From a virus: 64,000 nt of DNA. Location of the stretch: the IMG/VR virus record IMGVR_UViG_3300020470_001965; one strand, given 5' to 3'. Within the stretch, counting starts at the first letter, position 1, and the number at the start of each line of letters is the position of its first letter. Positions 7,120 through 18,345 of the stretch are shown here, one piece after another. The notes beneath the pieces were generated by a model that was not told the origin of the DNA, ran no database searches, and was given only the letters and a program-made list of their open reading frames with translations. Both the position numbers and the translations under genes were made by a program.

Positions 7120-9611
7120 TGGATTTTTATACGGACGTTCTTCTCCTTGGCGATGATATACTCTATAGGGGGTATGAAGGCCAGGAACCTGTCCAGTACA
7201 GGGAGAAGGTTCGACCTACCTTATATTTTGTACCAGAGGATCAGTCCAAAACGTCAAAGTATAAGACTCTAGATGGACGTTATGCACACCCCAAGAAGTT
7301 CGATGGAGCAAGGGATGCTCGTAGTTTCCTTGAGAAGTATGAGCATGTTGATGGTCTAGAGGTACATGGGTATGAACGGTTCGTGTATCAGTACATTGCC
7401 GAGAGATTCCCTGACGAGATCCGTTTTGATATGGACCTCATGAAGATCTTTACGATTGACATTGAGGTTGGATGTGATAATGGGTTCCCTTCTGTAGAGG
7501 AGTGTCGTGAGGAGGTGCTATGCATCACCTTAAAGGATGTCGTCTCCAAGAAAATTATAACTTGGGGTAGCAGGGAATTTAATGCACCCGATAACGTTGA
7601 GTATCGGGTCTTTTGGACGGAGCAGGAGTTGTTAGAAGACTTCCATTCATGGTGGGTCGCTAATACTCCCGATGTTATTACAGGTTGGAACTGTAATTTA
7701 TATGACATCCCTTACATCTGTCGTCGCATGGAGCGGGTGCTAGGTGAGAAGTGGAAGAAGTCCCTCTCACCGTGGAATAGAGTGGTAGATAGAGAGATAG
7801 TAATCAGGGGTCGTAAGCAACTGGCATATCAAATTGCTGGTGTTACGATCCTTGACTATCTTGATTTGTATCAGAAGTTTACCTATTCAGCACAAGCATC
7901 TTATCGCCTAGATCATATTGCTAACGTAGAACTAGGGCAGCAGAAACTAGACCACTCTGAGTTTGAGAATTTTAAAGCATTCTATACAAATGATTGGCAG
8001 AAGTTTGTAGAATATAATATACATGACGTGGAACTTGTTGACCGTTTGGAAGACAAGATGAAACTGATTGAGTTAGCATTGACACTTTCTTATGACGCTA
8101 AGGTAAATCTATCTGATGTTTATAGTCAGGTAAGGATGTGGGATACCCTCATCTATAATGATCTGGCAAAGAGAAATGTTGTTGTTCCACCTAAGATAAG
8201 TACTAAGAAAGATGACCAATACGCAGGGGCATATGTCAAAGAGCCTACACCAGGCATGTATGAATGGGTTGCGAGTTTTGATCTTAACTCCCTGTATCCT
8301 CATCTCATCATGCAGTACAACATCAGTCCCGAAACCCTTGTTGAGAGACGACATGCAACAGCCTCAGTTGATGGACTGCTTAGTAGAGAAGTCAGGATCG
8401 ATGGAGATTATTCCGTGTGTGCCAATGGAGCACAATACCGCAAGGACATCCACGGATTCCTACCTGAAATGATGCAACGGATCTACGATGACCGTACGAT
8501 CTATAAGAAGAAGATGCTTAAGGCAAAGCAAGACTATGAGCACACCCCCACAGAACAACTCCAGAAGGACATTGCTAGATATAATAATATCCAGATGGCC
8601 AGAAAGATCCAACTTAACTCTGCCTACGGTGCTATCGGTAACCAGTACTTCAGATATTACAATCTTGCGAACGCTGAAGCCATCACCTTGTCGGGACAAG
8701 TATCAATCAGATGGATAGAGAATAAAATAAACCAGTACATGAATAAGGTACTGAAAACTGAGGAGAAAGATTATGTTATTGCTTCTGATACCGATTCCAT
8801 TTATTTGCATTTGGGTCCTTTGGTTAAAGCTGTATACAAGGGCAGAGAGAAAAGCAGTGAGAGCACTCTGCGGTTCCTTACGAAGGTGTGTGACGTGGAA
8901 CTTGATAAGTATATACAAGATTCTTACCAAGAACTGGCTACCTATGTAAATGCATATGATCAGAAGATGATCATGAAGCGAGAGAACCTCGCTGATAAAG
9001 GTATTTGGACTGCGAAGAAGAGATACATTCTTAATGTATGGAACAGTGAGGGTGTTCAGTATGCTGAACCTAAACTAAAGATGATGGGTATAGAAGCAGT
9101 TAAGTCTTCTACACCTGCACCATGTCGTGTAGCAATTAAAGATACATTAGATCTTGTTATGACTGGTACAGAGGATCAGGTTCAGTCATATGTGTCTAAG
9201 TTTAGAAAGGAATTTGAGACACTACCGTTGGAGGACATAGCATTCCCACGTAGTTGTAACAATATACAGAAGTTCTCTTCTAGTAAAGACATCTATGGTA
9301 AGGGGTGTCCCATGCATGTACGTGGGTCACTATTATATAATTTTTATGTTAAGAAACATAAGATAGCACACAAGTTTCCACTCATTCAGGAGGGTGAGAA
9401 AATTAAGTACATGTATTTGAGGAAACCAAATCGTATAGGAGAGAATGTCATCTCGTTCTTCCAAACTTTACCATCTGAGTTTGAGCTTGACGGATCGATA
9501 GACTATGACTTACAATTTGAGAAGAGTTTTCTTGCACCTATCAAGGTTATCCTTGATGCTATAGGTTGGTCCCCTGAGAAACGTGTATCACTGGAGCATA
9601 TTTTTGGATGA
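7119..9611 (+). CDS. 43: Family B DNA polymerase (gp43)
   Basis: DIEV exonuclease [28 protein letters not shown]. Confidence 0.98.
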   Translation: MDFYTDVLLLGDDILYRGYEGQEPVQYREKVRPTLYFVPEDQSKTSKYKTLDGRYAHPKKFDGARDARSFLEKYEHVDGLEVHGYERFVYQYIAERFPDEIRFDMDLMKIFTIDIEVGCDNGFPSVEECREEVLCITLKDVVSKKIITWGSREFNAPDNVEYRVFWTEQELLEDFHSWWVANTPDVITGWNCNLYDIPYICRRMERVLGEKWKKSLSPWNRVVDREIVIRGRKQLAYQIAGVTILDYLDLYQKFTYSAQASYRLDHIANVELGQQKLDHSEFENFKAFYTNDWQKFVEYNIHDVELVDRLEDKMKLIELALTLSYDAKVNLSDVYSQVRMWDTLIYNDLAKRNVVVPPKISTKKDDQYAGAYVKEPTPGMYEWVASFDLNSLYPHLIMQYNISPETLVERRHATASVDGLLSREVRIDGDYSVCANGAQYRKDIHGFLPEMMQRIYDDRTIYKKKMLKAKQDYEHTPTEQLQKDIARYNNIQMARKIQLNSAYGAIGNQYFRYYNLANAEAITLSGQVSIRWIENKINQYMNKVLKTEEKDYVIASDTDSIYLHLGPLVKAVYKGREKSSESTLRFLTKVCDVELDKYIQDSYQELATYVNAYDQKMIMKRENLADKGIWTAKKRYILNVWNSEGVQYAEPKLKMMGIEAVKSSTPAPCRVAIKDTLDLVMTGTEDQVQSYVSKFRKEFETLPLEDIAFPRSCNNIQKFSSSKDIYGKGCPMHVRGSLLYNFYVKKHKIAHKFPLIQEGEKIKYMYLRKPNRIGENVISFFQTLPSEFELDGSIDYDLQFEKSFLAPIKVILDAIGWSPEKRVSLEHIFG

Positions 9612-10627
9612 CAAATTCTTTTTTTACAGACATCGCCAAGGAGATAGGAAATGAGTACGCTGGCGTTGTTTCTGATGGTGTTGCTGCTGGCGACACAAGT
9701 GGTTTTATCGATACGGGTAGCTACCTCTTTAACGCTATTGTATCAGGAAGCATCTTCGGAGGTGTTCCAGGGAATAAGATCACAGCTATTGCAGGTGAGT
9801 CAAGCACTGGCAAAACATTTTTCTGCCTTGGTATGGTACAGCATTTTCTCCAATCTCATCCTGATGCTAATGTTGTTTATTTTGAGTCTGAAAGTGCTAT
9901 ATCTAAGGACATGATAGAGAGTCGGGGTATAGACTCCACTCGTATGTTCCTATGTCCTGTTACTACAGTACAAGATTTCAGACAGCAAGCAATTAAGGCA
10001 GTAGATATACATTTATCCTATCCAAAGGAGCAACGTAAACCAGTAATGTTTGTACTGGATTCCCTTGGTATGTTGTCCACTACTAAGGAGGTACAGGACA
10101 CACAGGAGGGTAAGGATACTAGAGATATGACCAGAGCACAGGTTGTTAAGTCTATCTTTAGAGTACTGACACTCAAACTGGGTAAGGCAAACATCCCTAT
10201 GATCGTAACTAACCATACGTATGATGTGGTGGGTGCCTATGTGCCAATGAAAGAAATGGGCGGTGGTAGTGGACTAAAGTATGCTGCTAGTACTATAATA
10301 TACTTATCTAAATCCAAGGAGAAGGATGGTAAGGATGTCGTAGGCAACCTTATCAAGTGTGAGACTAAGAAGTCTCGATTCACCAAGGAAAATTCTAAAG
10401 TGGAGGTACGATTATTCTATGACGAACGAGGTCTTGACAAGTATTACGGACTACTGGAACTGGGTGAGAGACATGGAGTATTCGAGAGAGTCGGTAACCG
10501 CTATAAGATGGGTGGCTCTAATCTTTATCCTAAGTCCATTCTGGCAGAACCAGAAAAGTATTTTACTCCAGAAGTGATGCAAGCATTAGATGAAGTAGCA
10601 GCGAAGGAGTTTTCCTATGGTAGTTAG
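9608..10627 (+). CDS. uvsX: RecA-like recombinase UvsX
   Basis: GESSTGKT Walker [21 protein letters not shown]. Confidence 0.97.
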   Translation: MTNSFFTDIAKEIGNEYAGVVSDGVAAGDTSGFIDTGSYLFNAIVSGSIFGGVPGNKITAIAGESSTGKTFFCLGMVQHFLQSHPDANVVYFESESAISKDMIESRGIDSTRMFLCPVTTVQDFRQQAIKAVDIHLSYPKEQRKPVMFVLDSLGMLSTTKEVQDTQEGKDTRDMTRAQVVKSIFRVLTLKLGKANIPMIVTNHTYDVVGAYVPMKEMGGGSGLKYAASTIIYLSKSKEKDGKDVVGNLIKCETKKSRFTKENSKVEVRLFYDERGLDKYYGLLELGERHGVFERVGNRYKMGGSNLYPKSILAEPEKYFTPEVMQALDEVAAKEFSYGS

Positions 10628-11186
10628 TCTAAAGGATTATGTTAAGGTATATCCTGGTGCCTTAGACACTAACTTGTGTCGTAACATCATTGATCTTGCA
10701 TCTAAAACTGAACCAGAAAGATGGGAGCAGAAGGGTCGTCCACAGTGGAACATGTGGAACCTAACCATGATGGCAGAGGAAGATAAGATAGAGGAATGGC
10801 AGAAGGTACATAACCAATTGGTTACTGCTATCAAGTCTACTGCTGAACAGTACATGACTGATGTACAGTGTAGAGACTATTGGCCACCTCAAAATGCATT
10901 AGAACAGATAAGATTAAAGCATTACGACCATGAAAAGAATGATCGTTATGACTGGCACGTTGATGTGGGTAACCATGACAGTGCTAGACGTTTCCTTGCT
11001 ATGTTCTTCTATCTGAATGATGTAGAGAAGGGTGGACAAACGTACTTTAATAATATTAATTACAAAGTAAAAGCAAAGCAAGGATCTGTGCTATGCTTTC
11101 CACCTACATGGATGTTCCCTCATGAAGGGAAGGCACCCTTGTCTGGTGACAAGTGGATTGTAGGAACCTATCTACACTATCTCTAA
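10617..11186 (+). CDS. 2OG-Fe(II) oxygenase
   Basis: WHVD...[11 protein letters not shown]...FPP.W.FPH...KWIVGTY. Confidence 0.9.
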   Translation: MVVSLKDYVKVYPGALDTNLCRNIIDLASKTEPERWEQKGRPQWNMWNLTMMAEEDKIEEWQKVHNQLVTAIKSTAEQYMTDVQCRDYWPPQNALEQIRLKHYDHEKNDRYDWHVDVGNHDSARRFLAMFFYLNDVEKGGQTYFNNINYKVKAKQGSVLCFPPTWMFPHEGKAPLSGDKWIVGTYLHYL

Positions 11187-12556
11187 TGCAAAAGATCGAA
11201 GAGATTACCCTAAGTAAACTTATTTTAGATGAGGATTACTGTAGGAAGACTCTACCCTTTATTCAGGATGAGTACTTTGAGTCTATACATCACAGAACTA
11301 TCTTTGATACAGTTAGGTTGTATGTTGAGGAGTATAATGCTGTTCCAGAACCTACTGCTATTAAGATTGAGGTAGAGAAGAGAAGGGATCTCAGTGAAGA
11401 GATCATGAAGGAGATCGAAAACTTTCTAGATGATAGGTTAGATCATGATCAATATAATGATGATTGGTTGTTAGATACTACAGAGAAATGGTGTAAAGAA
11501 CGTGCTATCTATTTGGCATTGATGGATAGTATTAAGATTGCTGACGGTCAGGATAAGACTCGTACTAAAGATGCCATACCACATATCATGTCAGAAGCAT
11601 TAGGTACATGCTTTGATGAGACTGTTGGTCATGATTATATAAAGGATGCTGAAGAACGTTATGACTTCTATCACCAGAAGGAAGAAAAGATACCATTTGA
11701 CTTGGAATATTTTAACAAGATTACCAAGGGTGGTCTACCCAATAAGACTCTTAACATCGCTCTTGCTGGTACAGGTGTTGGTAAGTCTTTGTTTATGTGT
11801 CACATGGCTAGTGCCTGTCTCCTCAACGGACGTAACGTATTGTATATTACTCTTGAGATGGCAGAGGAAAAAATTGCTGAGAGAATTGATGCGAACCTTC
11901 TGAATGTACCAATCCAACAACTATCTGATCCACTCTTTAGTAAGGCACAGTTTCGTAATAAGATAGACAAGTTAAATAAGAAGACACAAGGTCGTTTAGT
12001 TATCAAGGAGTACCCAACTGCATCGGCACACGTCGGTCATTTTAAAGCACTCCTAAATGAGTTAGCAATGAAGAAAGGATTCAGTCCTGATATAATCTTC
12101 ATAGACTATCTAAACATATGTTCATCCTCTCGTTACAAGAACTCAATTGTCAATTCATACACGTTCGTTAAGGCGATTGCGGAGGAGCTTCGTGGTTTGG
12201 CTGTCGAAGCAAACGTCCCGATTGTTAGTGCTACTCAAACTACTCGTGCTGGTTACGGTTCTAGCGATGTTGACCTTACCGACACATCTGAGTCTTTCGG
12301 ACTCCCTGCTACTGCTGACCTTATGTTCGCTCTCATATCTACTGAGGAATTGGAAGCGATAAATCAGATTATGGTTAAGCAATTAAAGAATAGATATAAT
12401 GATCCTACAGTTCACAAAAGATTTTGCATAGGTATTGACAGAGGGAAGATGAGGCTGTATGATTGTGAACAGGCAACACTCGCTGATCCTGGCAAAGAGG
12501 AAGAGGTTGTAGAGATCAAACCCAGTAAAAACAAATTCGATTCCTTTAAGGTATGA
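11186..12556 (+). CDS. 41: Replicative helicase gp41 (DnaB-like)
   Basis: AGTGVGKS, ITLEM, IDYL, ATQTTR, SESFGLP, QLKNRY. Confidence 0.97.
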   Translation: MQKIEEITLSKLILDEDYCRKTLPFIQDEYFESIHHRTIFDTVRLYVEEYNAVPEPTAIKIEVEKRRDLSEEIMKEIENFLDDRLDHDQYNDDWLLDTTEKWCKERAIYLALMDSIKIADGQDKTRTKDAIPHIMSEALGTCFDETVGHDYIKDAEERYDFYHQKEEKIPFDLEYFNKITKGGLPNKTLNIALAGTGVGKSLFMCHMASACLLNGRNVLYITLEMAEEKIAERIDANLLNVPIQQLSDPLFSKAQFRNKIDKLNKKTQGRLVIKEYPTASAHVGHFKALLNELAMKKGFSPDIIFIDYLNICSSSRYKNSIVNSYTFVKAIAEELRGLAVEANVPIVSATQTTRAGYGSSDVDLTDTSESFGLPATADLMFALISTEELEAINQIMVKQLKNRYNDPTVHKRFCIGIDRGKMRLYDCEQATLADPGKEEEVVEIKPSKNKFDSFKV

Positions 12557-13227
12557 CTAAAGCAAGAAATCCAAATCAACAACCATTAGGTTCTGCTAAT
12601 GTGAACTTTGATCCAGCATCTACAGACAAAGTGTCTAAGATTGCTGAGGACTTTAATGATAAGGTTCAGGATCAGAAGGATGAGATGAAGGAAGGTGCTG
12701 AGAAGATCAAAGATGATACTCCCACCACTCCAGAAGAACTTATTAATAAGAAAGGGTTTTCTGCATGGCAAGCAGCAGAGAAGGTTAAGGCAAAGAGAAG
12801 GGAAGAACATGATCAGAAGAAGTTCCAGATAGATCTGGATAAGTACATGCACTTCTGTGACATGACATGTTCAGAACCTAGTAAGGATCGTGCACAGTAT
12901 CTTGATCGTCTTAATCAATTATATGATCAGGGATGTAATGTATCTCTCTTAGATACTGCATCACAAGGATTGACTGCTGAGGCAGGTGAGTTCTGTGAGA
13001 TTGTTAAGAAGATTAAGTATCAGGGTAAACCATGGAATGATGCTAACAAAGAGCATCTGATTAAGGAGTTGGGTGATATACTATGGTATGCATCCCAAGC
13101 AGCTAGAGCATTGGACATCCGACTGGATGAGGTGTTCTATGCTAACACCCTCAAACTTGCTTCTAGGTATCCTAGTGGTGAGTTTAATATTGAGGACTCT
13201 GAAAACCGTAAACCAGGAGACATTTAA
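12553..13227 (+). CDS. mazG: MazG-family NTP pyrophosphohydrolase with N-terminal extension
   Basis: GLTAEAGEFCEIVKK...KELGDILWY...N..KL..RYP. Confidence 0.9.
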   Translation: MTKARNPNQQPLGSANVNFDPASTDKVSKIAEDFNDKVQDQKDEMKEGAEKIKDDTPTTPEELINKKGFSAWQAAEKVKAKRREEHDQKKFQIDLDKYMHFCDMTCSEPSKDRAQYLDRLNQLYDQGCNVSLLDTASQGLTAEAGEFCEIVKKIKYQGKPWNDANKEHLIKELGDILWYASQAARALDIRLDEVFYANTLKLASRYPSGEFNIEDSENRKPGDI

Positions 13228-13313
13228 TGCATTTACTATTGACCTTGATCTGCATCGGACTTATTGCCCTTGCATTGGGGTATTCTATAGTTAAACACTA
13301 TGACCCTCATTAA
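13227..13313 (+). CDS. 28-aa single-TM microprotein ending YDPH
   Basis: TAATG-coupled to mazG; MHLLLTLICIGLIALALGYSIVKHYDPH. Confidence 0.55.
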   Translation: MHLLLTLICIGLIALALGYSIVKHYDPH

Positions 13314-13470
13314 GGCATTCAGAATATGGAAGTATGCATTGGGTTCGTTCTCTGATGATAAGACCAAGAAGTATGATAATCCTGTACTTCTTGTTCGATC
13401 TTTCATCTTCCTTACATACCTTATCACTAATTGTTTTATTATCGCAGGAGTAATCCGACATTGGAATTAA
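13300..13470 (+). CDS. 56-aa conserved cyanophage membrane protein
   Basis: WKYALGSFSDDKT...TNCFIIAGVIRHWN. Confidence 0.7.
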   Translation: MTLIKAFRIWKYALGSFSDDKTKKYDNPVLLVRSFIFLTYLITNCFIIAGVIRHWN

Positions 13471-13471
13471 C

Positions 13472-13669
13472 ATGACATTATCAAATTCAGTAGAATATTC
13501 TCTAAGAGAAGCACAAGCAGCACTTCGTAATGCTCTAGCATTTTCAGCACGTAGTGAGAAACCATTCGTTAGTAAGCACATTGCTGATATGCTTTCTAAT
13601 ATTGAGAACCTATGTGACATCAGTGAGATTTTAGACAAGGCGGAGGAAGCACGTGGACTTACCGATTGA
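13472..13669 (+). CDS. Hypothetical protein
   Basis: SLREAQAALRNALAFSARSEKP. Confidence 0.7.
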   Translation: MTLSNSVEYSLREAQAALRNALAFSARSEKPFVSKHIADMLSNIENLCDISEILDKAEEARGLTD

Positions 13670-13844
13670 TGACAAGGAGTTAGAAGTTATTGTCACACAA
13701 CTGTGGAAGTCACGTAAGAATGCTGGTGAACCATTGGTTGCTCCATTGTATGAGAAGATGAAACTAGTTAAGGAGGTCAGGGATGCTAACCCTGATGGTC
13801 CTTACAAAGCAATTCTCAGAGAAGAACATGGTTTAATTATCTAA
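13653..13844 (+). CDS. Hypothetical protein
   Basis: SD GGAGG, GTG start. Confidence 0.65.
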   Translation: MDLPIDDKELEVIVTQLWKSRKNAGEPLVAPLYEKMKLVKEVRDANPDGPYKAILREEHGLII

Positions 13845-13846
13845 AT

Positions 13847-13870
13847 AAAGGGTAGAGATACCCTTTTTTT
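13847..13870 (+). terminator. Rho-independent terminator next to a CTAAATA late-promoter-like motif
   Basis: AAAGGGTA-gaga-TACCCTTT + TTTT. Confidence 0.65.
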
Positions 13871-13871
13871 A

Positions 13872-14648
13872 ATGGCTGCGAGGACAGATCCAGAACCGTT
13901 ATATGACGGTGAGGATCCACAAGCGAGAGAGATTCCTAGAAATGCAGGGTTTGCATACGAACTGGATGTGTATCAGAAACTTAGAGATAATCAGTTCGAT
14001 GTTGACAGACCAGCAGGTGCTGACAGTGCTAAAGCTGACATAGAAGTTCGCTTACCTCAGAATGGTGGTAAGGTAACTAAGTTCGAATTAAAGGAAAAGA
14101 TATCTGCTGACTTTGCACAGATGAATTTTGACTGGGATTCTACTAAGGGATTTTATCTTGATAAGACAAAGAAGTCTGCTCAGAAGGATGCTGCTAAAGT
14201 TATGATAGGCATCGCTGAAGATAGAAATATACTTGATATAGCAAACCAACATTGGAATCAACCTTCTGTTGTGCCTGGTAAATTTATCACTAGTAATGAT
14301 AGAGCTTCTAAAGTTAGAGCATGGAACTTAGATAAGAGTAGGTTTCCTGATAAGAAATTTGATAATGGTACAGCAGCAAGATTAGTAGAAAATTATTACA
14401 ATTCTAAGGATACATACTACATTCAGATAAAAGGAAAGGGTTTATATCATATGGGCAGTGACCCTGAGAATTTTGGTACTCCTAGCTTTAGGCAATCAGT
14501 TGGAACTAGTTACATTAGAATAAGATTAAAGACTAACTCATCAAGTAAACCAGCATGGTCATTCTTGATGGCACTTAAGATTGGTTCCGTTACAAGATCT
14601 AACATTAACCTTGATGGGGATCTCAACTTCCTTCTACAGGCTGTATAA
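13872..14648 (+). CDS. Putative PD-(D/E)XK endonuclease (restriction-enzyme-like)
   Basis: G..YE helix, ADIEV...FELK catalytic pattern, YYIQIKGKGLYH. Confidence 0.6.
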   Translation: MAARTDPEPLYDGEDPQAREIPRNAGFAYELDVYQKLRDNQFDVDRPAGADSAKADIEVRLPQNGGKVTKFELKEKISADFAQMNFDWDSTKGFYLDKTKKSAQKDAAKVMIGIAEDRNILDIANQHWNQPSVVPGKFITSNDRASKVRAWNLDKSRFPDKKFDNGTAARLVENYYNSKDTYYIQIKGKGLYHMGSDPENFGTPSFRQSVGTSYIRIRLKTNSSSKPAWSFLMALKIGSVTRSNINLDGDLNFLLQAV

Positions 14649-14655
14649 TAGAGTT

Positions 14656-15843
14656 ATGGCAAAGAACACACACCTAGAACACCTAGAGGATGACCTTTTT
14701 AATAATGGATATGAGGGTGGAAAGAATGCGTTAGCATTTCTAGCGTCACTACGTGACATGCTTAGTGCTAATGGTGGTAGTAACACAAAGGTCACTGTTA
14801 AATGGGACGGAGCACCTGCTATAGTTTGTGGTACAGATCCTGAGACAGATAGGTTTTTTGTTGGTACTAAGTCAGTCTTTAATAAAGGACAACCAAAGAT
14901 AGGATATGATCATGATTTCATAGATTTTCATTATGAAAGTAGTCCAGTAAAGGATGTACTGCATAAGTGTTATGATGCATTTAAAGACTTACCTATTAAG
15001 GGTGTACTACAAGGTGACCTTTTGTACACTAAGACTCCACCCTTAATCACTATGAATGGTAAGAGGTGTTATAAGTTTAGACCTAATACAATTGTATATT
15101 GTGTGGAGAAAGATACTGATCTAGGTAAGAAAGTAGGAGCATCTAATTTTGGTATAGTATTTCATACCAAGTATACTGGTCCTTCTGTTCCTGATATGGT
15201 TGCTTCATTTGGTGTTGATGTTAAGGGTCTACAAAAGAATCCTAATGTTGCAGTCTTCTCTGCAGAGTTTCAGAATGTGAATGGTGTTGCTAACCTTACT
15301 GTTTCCGATAAGCAGAAACTTAATAGTGAGATTGTTATTGCTAAGAGGGAGATGGATAAGGCAAGACCTTTCCTCAGAGTATTGGGTAGTAAGACAATGG
15401 ATTATGCTCCATTGTTTAAGGTTTACTTTAACCAAGTCATTAGGAGTGGTAAGATACCATCTACTTCAGCAGCAATGGCAGCAGGGTATGGTAACTTTAT
15501 AGACATGAAATATAAGACAGAGATTGCTAAGAAAAAGACAGAGAAAACACAGAAAGCATGGGAAAAGAAGAGACAGGAATCTTTAAAGTACCTAAATACT
15601 AACAAGACTGCTGTGCTTTCTGCTTTTTCTAGTTTTAAAAGTCTAATATCTGCTAAAGAAATTGTCATAAATAAACTGAAGAAGATAGAAGGTGTCGGTA
15701 CTTTCATCGAAGATGAAAATGGATACCGTGTTACTAGTCCTGAGGGATTTGTAGCTATTAAAGATGGGACTGCTATCAAATTAGTTGATAGATTGGAGTT
15801 CTCTAAAGCAAACTTTACCGTTGCAAAAGATTGGGGTAAATGA
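14656..15843 (+). CDS. Conserved T4-like marine phage protein (DUF6267-like, RNA-ligase-type nucleotidyltransferase motifs)
   Basis: NTHLEHLED, TVKWDGAP (KxDG), QGD, PEGFV, KLVDRLEFS. Confidence 0.75.
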   Translation: MAKNTHLEHLEDDLFNNGYEGGKNALAFLASLRDMLSANGGSNTKVTVKWDGAPAIVCGTDPETDRFFVGTKSVFNKGQPKIGYDHDFIDFHYESSPVKDVLHKCYDAFKDLPIKGVLQGDLLYTKTPPLITMNGKRCYKFRPNTIVYCVEKDTDLGKKVGASNFGIVFHTKYTGPSVPDMVASFGVDVKGLQKNPNVAVFSAEFQNVNGVANLTVSDKQKLNSEIVIAKREMDKARPFLRVLGSKTMDYAPLFKVYFNQVIRSGKIPSTSAAMAAGYGNFIDMKYKTEIAKKKTEKTQKAWEKKRQESLKYLNTNKTAVLSAFSSFKSLISAKEIVINKLKKIEGVGTFIEDENGYRVTSPEGFVAIKDGTAIKLVDRLEFSKANFTVAKDWGK

Positions 15844-16907
15844 TTAGTTTCCACACATTCATAACCGAAGCCACCACTGCTAAGAAGAAGCCTAAGGGTA
15901 CTACTAAGGCAGAGAAGATGGCAGATGATAAGCATGTTGCTATCACATTCGGTAGATTTAACCCACCCCATGCTGGTCATGGTAAACTGATGGATGCAGT
16001 GAAGACTGCTTCAGGAGATTCTGGTAACTATAGAATCTATCCTTCACGTACACAGGATCATAAGAAGAATCCTTTACATCCTGAAGATAAGATCAAGCAC
16101 ATGCGTAGCATGTTTAAGCATCATAAGGATGCTATTCAGAACTCAGAGCAGCATAGAAATATATTTGATATACTACGTGACCTTAATGATGAAGGTCATG
16201 AGCACGTTACCATGGTAGTTGGTGACGATAGAGTAAAAGAATTTCAGAAACTTACTAGCAAATATAATGGTGTACACTATGACTTTAAGAGTATTAATAT
16301 AAAGTCAGCAGGTAAGAGAGATAAAGATTCCGAGGATCCAGTAGAGAAACTAAGTGCTAGTGGACAGAGGAAGCATGCTGCAGGTGATGATCATGACTCA
16401 TTCCATGGAGGAATGCCTAAAGGATATGGTAAGAAGTCATCCAGAGAATTGATGGATCTGGTTAAGTTAGGTATGACACCTCCTAAGAAGGAGAAGAAGA
16501 CTAAGAAGAAGACCAATGAGTCATGGATGTTTGCACCTAAACTTTACATCGAAGAATTTAGAACACATTATATCGAAGATAGTATCTTTAGTGAAGGTAC
16601 ATTAGTTGAGCACGATGACACAGGTCTACGTGGTCATGTAGTGCATCGTGGTACTAATTATGTTATCTTTAGAAATGATGATGGAGAGGAGTTTAAGGCT
16701 TGGTTACATCATGTAACTGAGGTCGCAGATGCTAGTAAGGAACGGAAAGATCAGTCCAATTTCTCTGCTGATGATGGTAGTGGGAATGATTGGAAAGTTG
16801 GAACTGATAAATATCGTGAGGCAGTCCAGAACATGACACCTGGACAAGGCACCACTAAGTTTGGGGTTAAATTCTCAGACTTTAGAAAACAAACAGCACC
16901 TAAATAG
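15840..16907 (+). CDS. Cytidylyltransferase-like (HxGH) nucleotidyltransferase
   Basis: TFGRFNPPHAGH, VVGDDR, LSASGQR. Confidence 0.85.
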   Translation: MISFHTFITEATTAKKKPKGTTKAEKMADDKHVAITFGRFNPPHAGHGKLMDAVKTASGDSGNYRIYPSRTQDHKKNPLHPEDKIKHMRSMFKHHKDAIQNSEQHRNIFDILRDLNDEGHEHVTMVVGDDRVKEFQKLTSKYNGVHYDFKSINIKSAGKRDKDSEDPVEKLSASGQRKHAAGDDHDSFHGGMPKGYGKKSSRELMDLVKLGMTPPKKEKKTKKKTNESWMFAPKLYIEEFRTHYIEDSIFSEGTLVEHDDTGLRGHVVHRGTNYVIFRNDDGEEFKAWLHHVTEVADASKERKDQSNFSADDGSGNDWKVGTDKYREAVQNMTPGQGTTKFGVKFSDFRKQTAPK

Positions 16908-16938
16908 TAGAACGACTTATTCCCTCTAGGAAAACGTT

Positions 16939-18345
16939 ATGTTAGACATTAAGATATCTGCAGAGTTAATGGGTTTCACCCTTGACGAACAGATGACAAT
17001 TATGAAATGCGTAGAAGAAGGCTCCACTCATGAGAGTAAGAGGTTCCAAGAAGCAGTTCAGAAAATCACAGTCCTTGTAGACGCAGCACCAATCCTTGAG
17101 GTTGTAGAGGGGTATGCAGGATTCCCAATCGAGAAGCAACTGATCGATAAGAATAAGATGAAGAACCCTGATGATCGTAACATCGGTAGGGTTATTGCAC
17201 AGGGTGGCAACTCATTGGTAGTGACAGGTCGTAAGTCAGATGGTCGTTATATTATTGTAGGTAAGAAAGGAGAGAAGACAGCTAAGCATCCAGAAGATCT
17301 AGGTCTCCAAGTCAAGGAGTCTATTGATATAGAAGATCTTCATCAGTCTATGCTCGAAGCAATGACTGTTACTAATGCTGACAAGAAAGGTAATACAAAA
17401 GCGTGGCAGAACTACAAGAAAGGTTTAAAGAATAAGCAAGGCAAGCCAGTATATAAGGCTGCTGATCATGTTAAAGAGAGTTCTCAAGACGTTATTAACG
17501 AAATCTCTGCTGACCTCGCACTGAAAGCATCCAAGAAAGCTGAAGTGGAGAGAGGTAAGGCAGCAGTGGCAGGTGATAGAGAGAAGGCTAAGAAGAAACT
17601 AGCACAGTCATCTCGTCTATATGCTGCACAGAAAAAGAAAAGGCTTGGTGAAGAAACCATCGATGATTTCATTGAGGAGTTCATCGATTTAGATGATGAT
17701 GGAATAGATACCTTAAGTTTTGAGGAACTCGAAGAGGTATGTATCGAGGCATTAGAAGAACTCGAAGGGGATCTTCTAAACGAAGCACTCGAAGCAATAG
17801 ATGGTATATCACTTCTTACTGAAGCACCTTCTCAGCACTCAGCACGTCCACACGTTGCTGTGCAAGCACCACAGAAGGAGAAACCAGGTAGAGATGCAGG
17901 TAAACTTGCGAGAGCAAAGTTATCTAAGCCACAAGCTTCTCGTAAAGAGAAGGTTAAGGCAGCACTCAAGTCTGCTGGTTCAGCAATTAAGAAGGGTGTA
18001 AAGTCTGCTGCAAGAGGTGCAGGTAAAGCTGCAGGACATGCTGTCAATGCTGCTGAGAAAGGTGCTAGAGCAGTTGGCAAGGTTGCCAAAGAAGTTGGAA
18101 AGGGATATTCTGAGACCCGTAATAAGGGTAGATCAGATGAGGGTTCCAGAGTAACTGCTGCTAAGTCACCAGATGAAGGTGGGTCTTCTAGCAATAGACC
18201 ACGCTTGCGTGATAAGATAAAGAGTGGTATAAAGAAAGTCGTTGGTAAGGCTGCTCGTGCCGTCTCCAGAGGTGCAAGAGGTGTAGCTCGGAGATTAGGT
18301 GAAGAGAAGTATGACTGGCGATCTAAATTGGAGGTCAATAAATGA
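16939..18345 (+). CDS. Large charged protein, probable internal head protein
   Basis: Alternating acidic and Lys/Ala-rich blocks; many hydrophobic-X-E sites; CTAAATA upstream. Confidence 0.65.
   Translation: MLDIKISAELMGFTLDEQMTIMKCVEEGSTHESKRFQEAVQKITVLVDAAPILEVVEGYAGFPIEKQLIDKNKMKNPDDRNIGRVIAQGGNSLVVTGRKSDGRYIIVGKKGEKTAKHPEDLGLQVKESIDIEDLHQSMLEAMTVTNADKKGNTKAWQNYKKGLKNKQGKPVYKAADHVKESSQDVINEISADLALKASKKAEVERGKAAVAGDREKAKKKLAQSSRLYAAQKKKRLGEETIDDFIEEFIDLDDDGIDTLSFEELEEVCIEALEELEGDLLNEALEAIDGISLLTEAPSQHSARPHVAVQAPQKEKPGRDAGKLARAKLSKPQASRKEKVKAALKSAGSAIKKGVKSAARGAGKAAGHAVNAAEKGARAVGKVAKEVGKGYSETRNKGRSDEGSRVTAAKSPDEGGSSSNRPRLRDKIKSGIKKVVGKAARAVSRGARGVARRLGEEKYDWRSKLEVNK

Noticed and set aside
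15423-15980. 185-aa antisense ORF
   Set aside because: Shadow of the DUF6267-like and nucleotidyltransferase genes; hydrophobic mirror composition.
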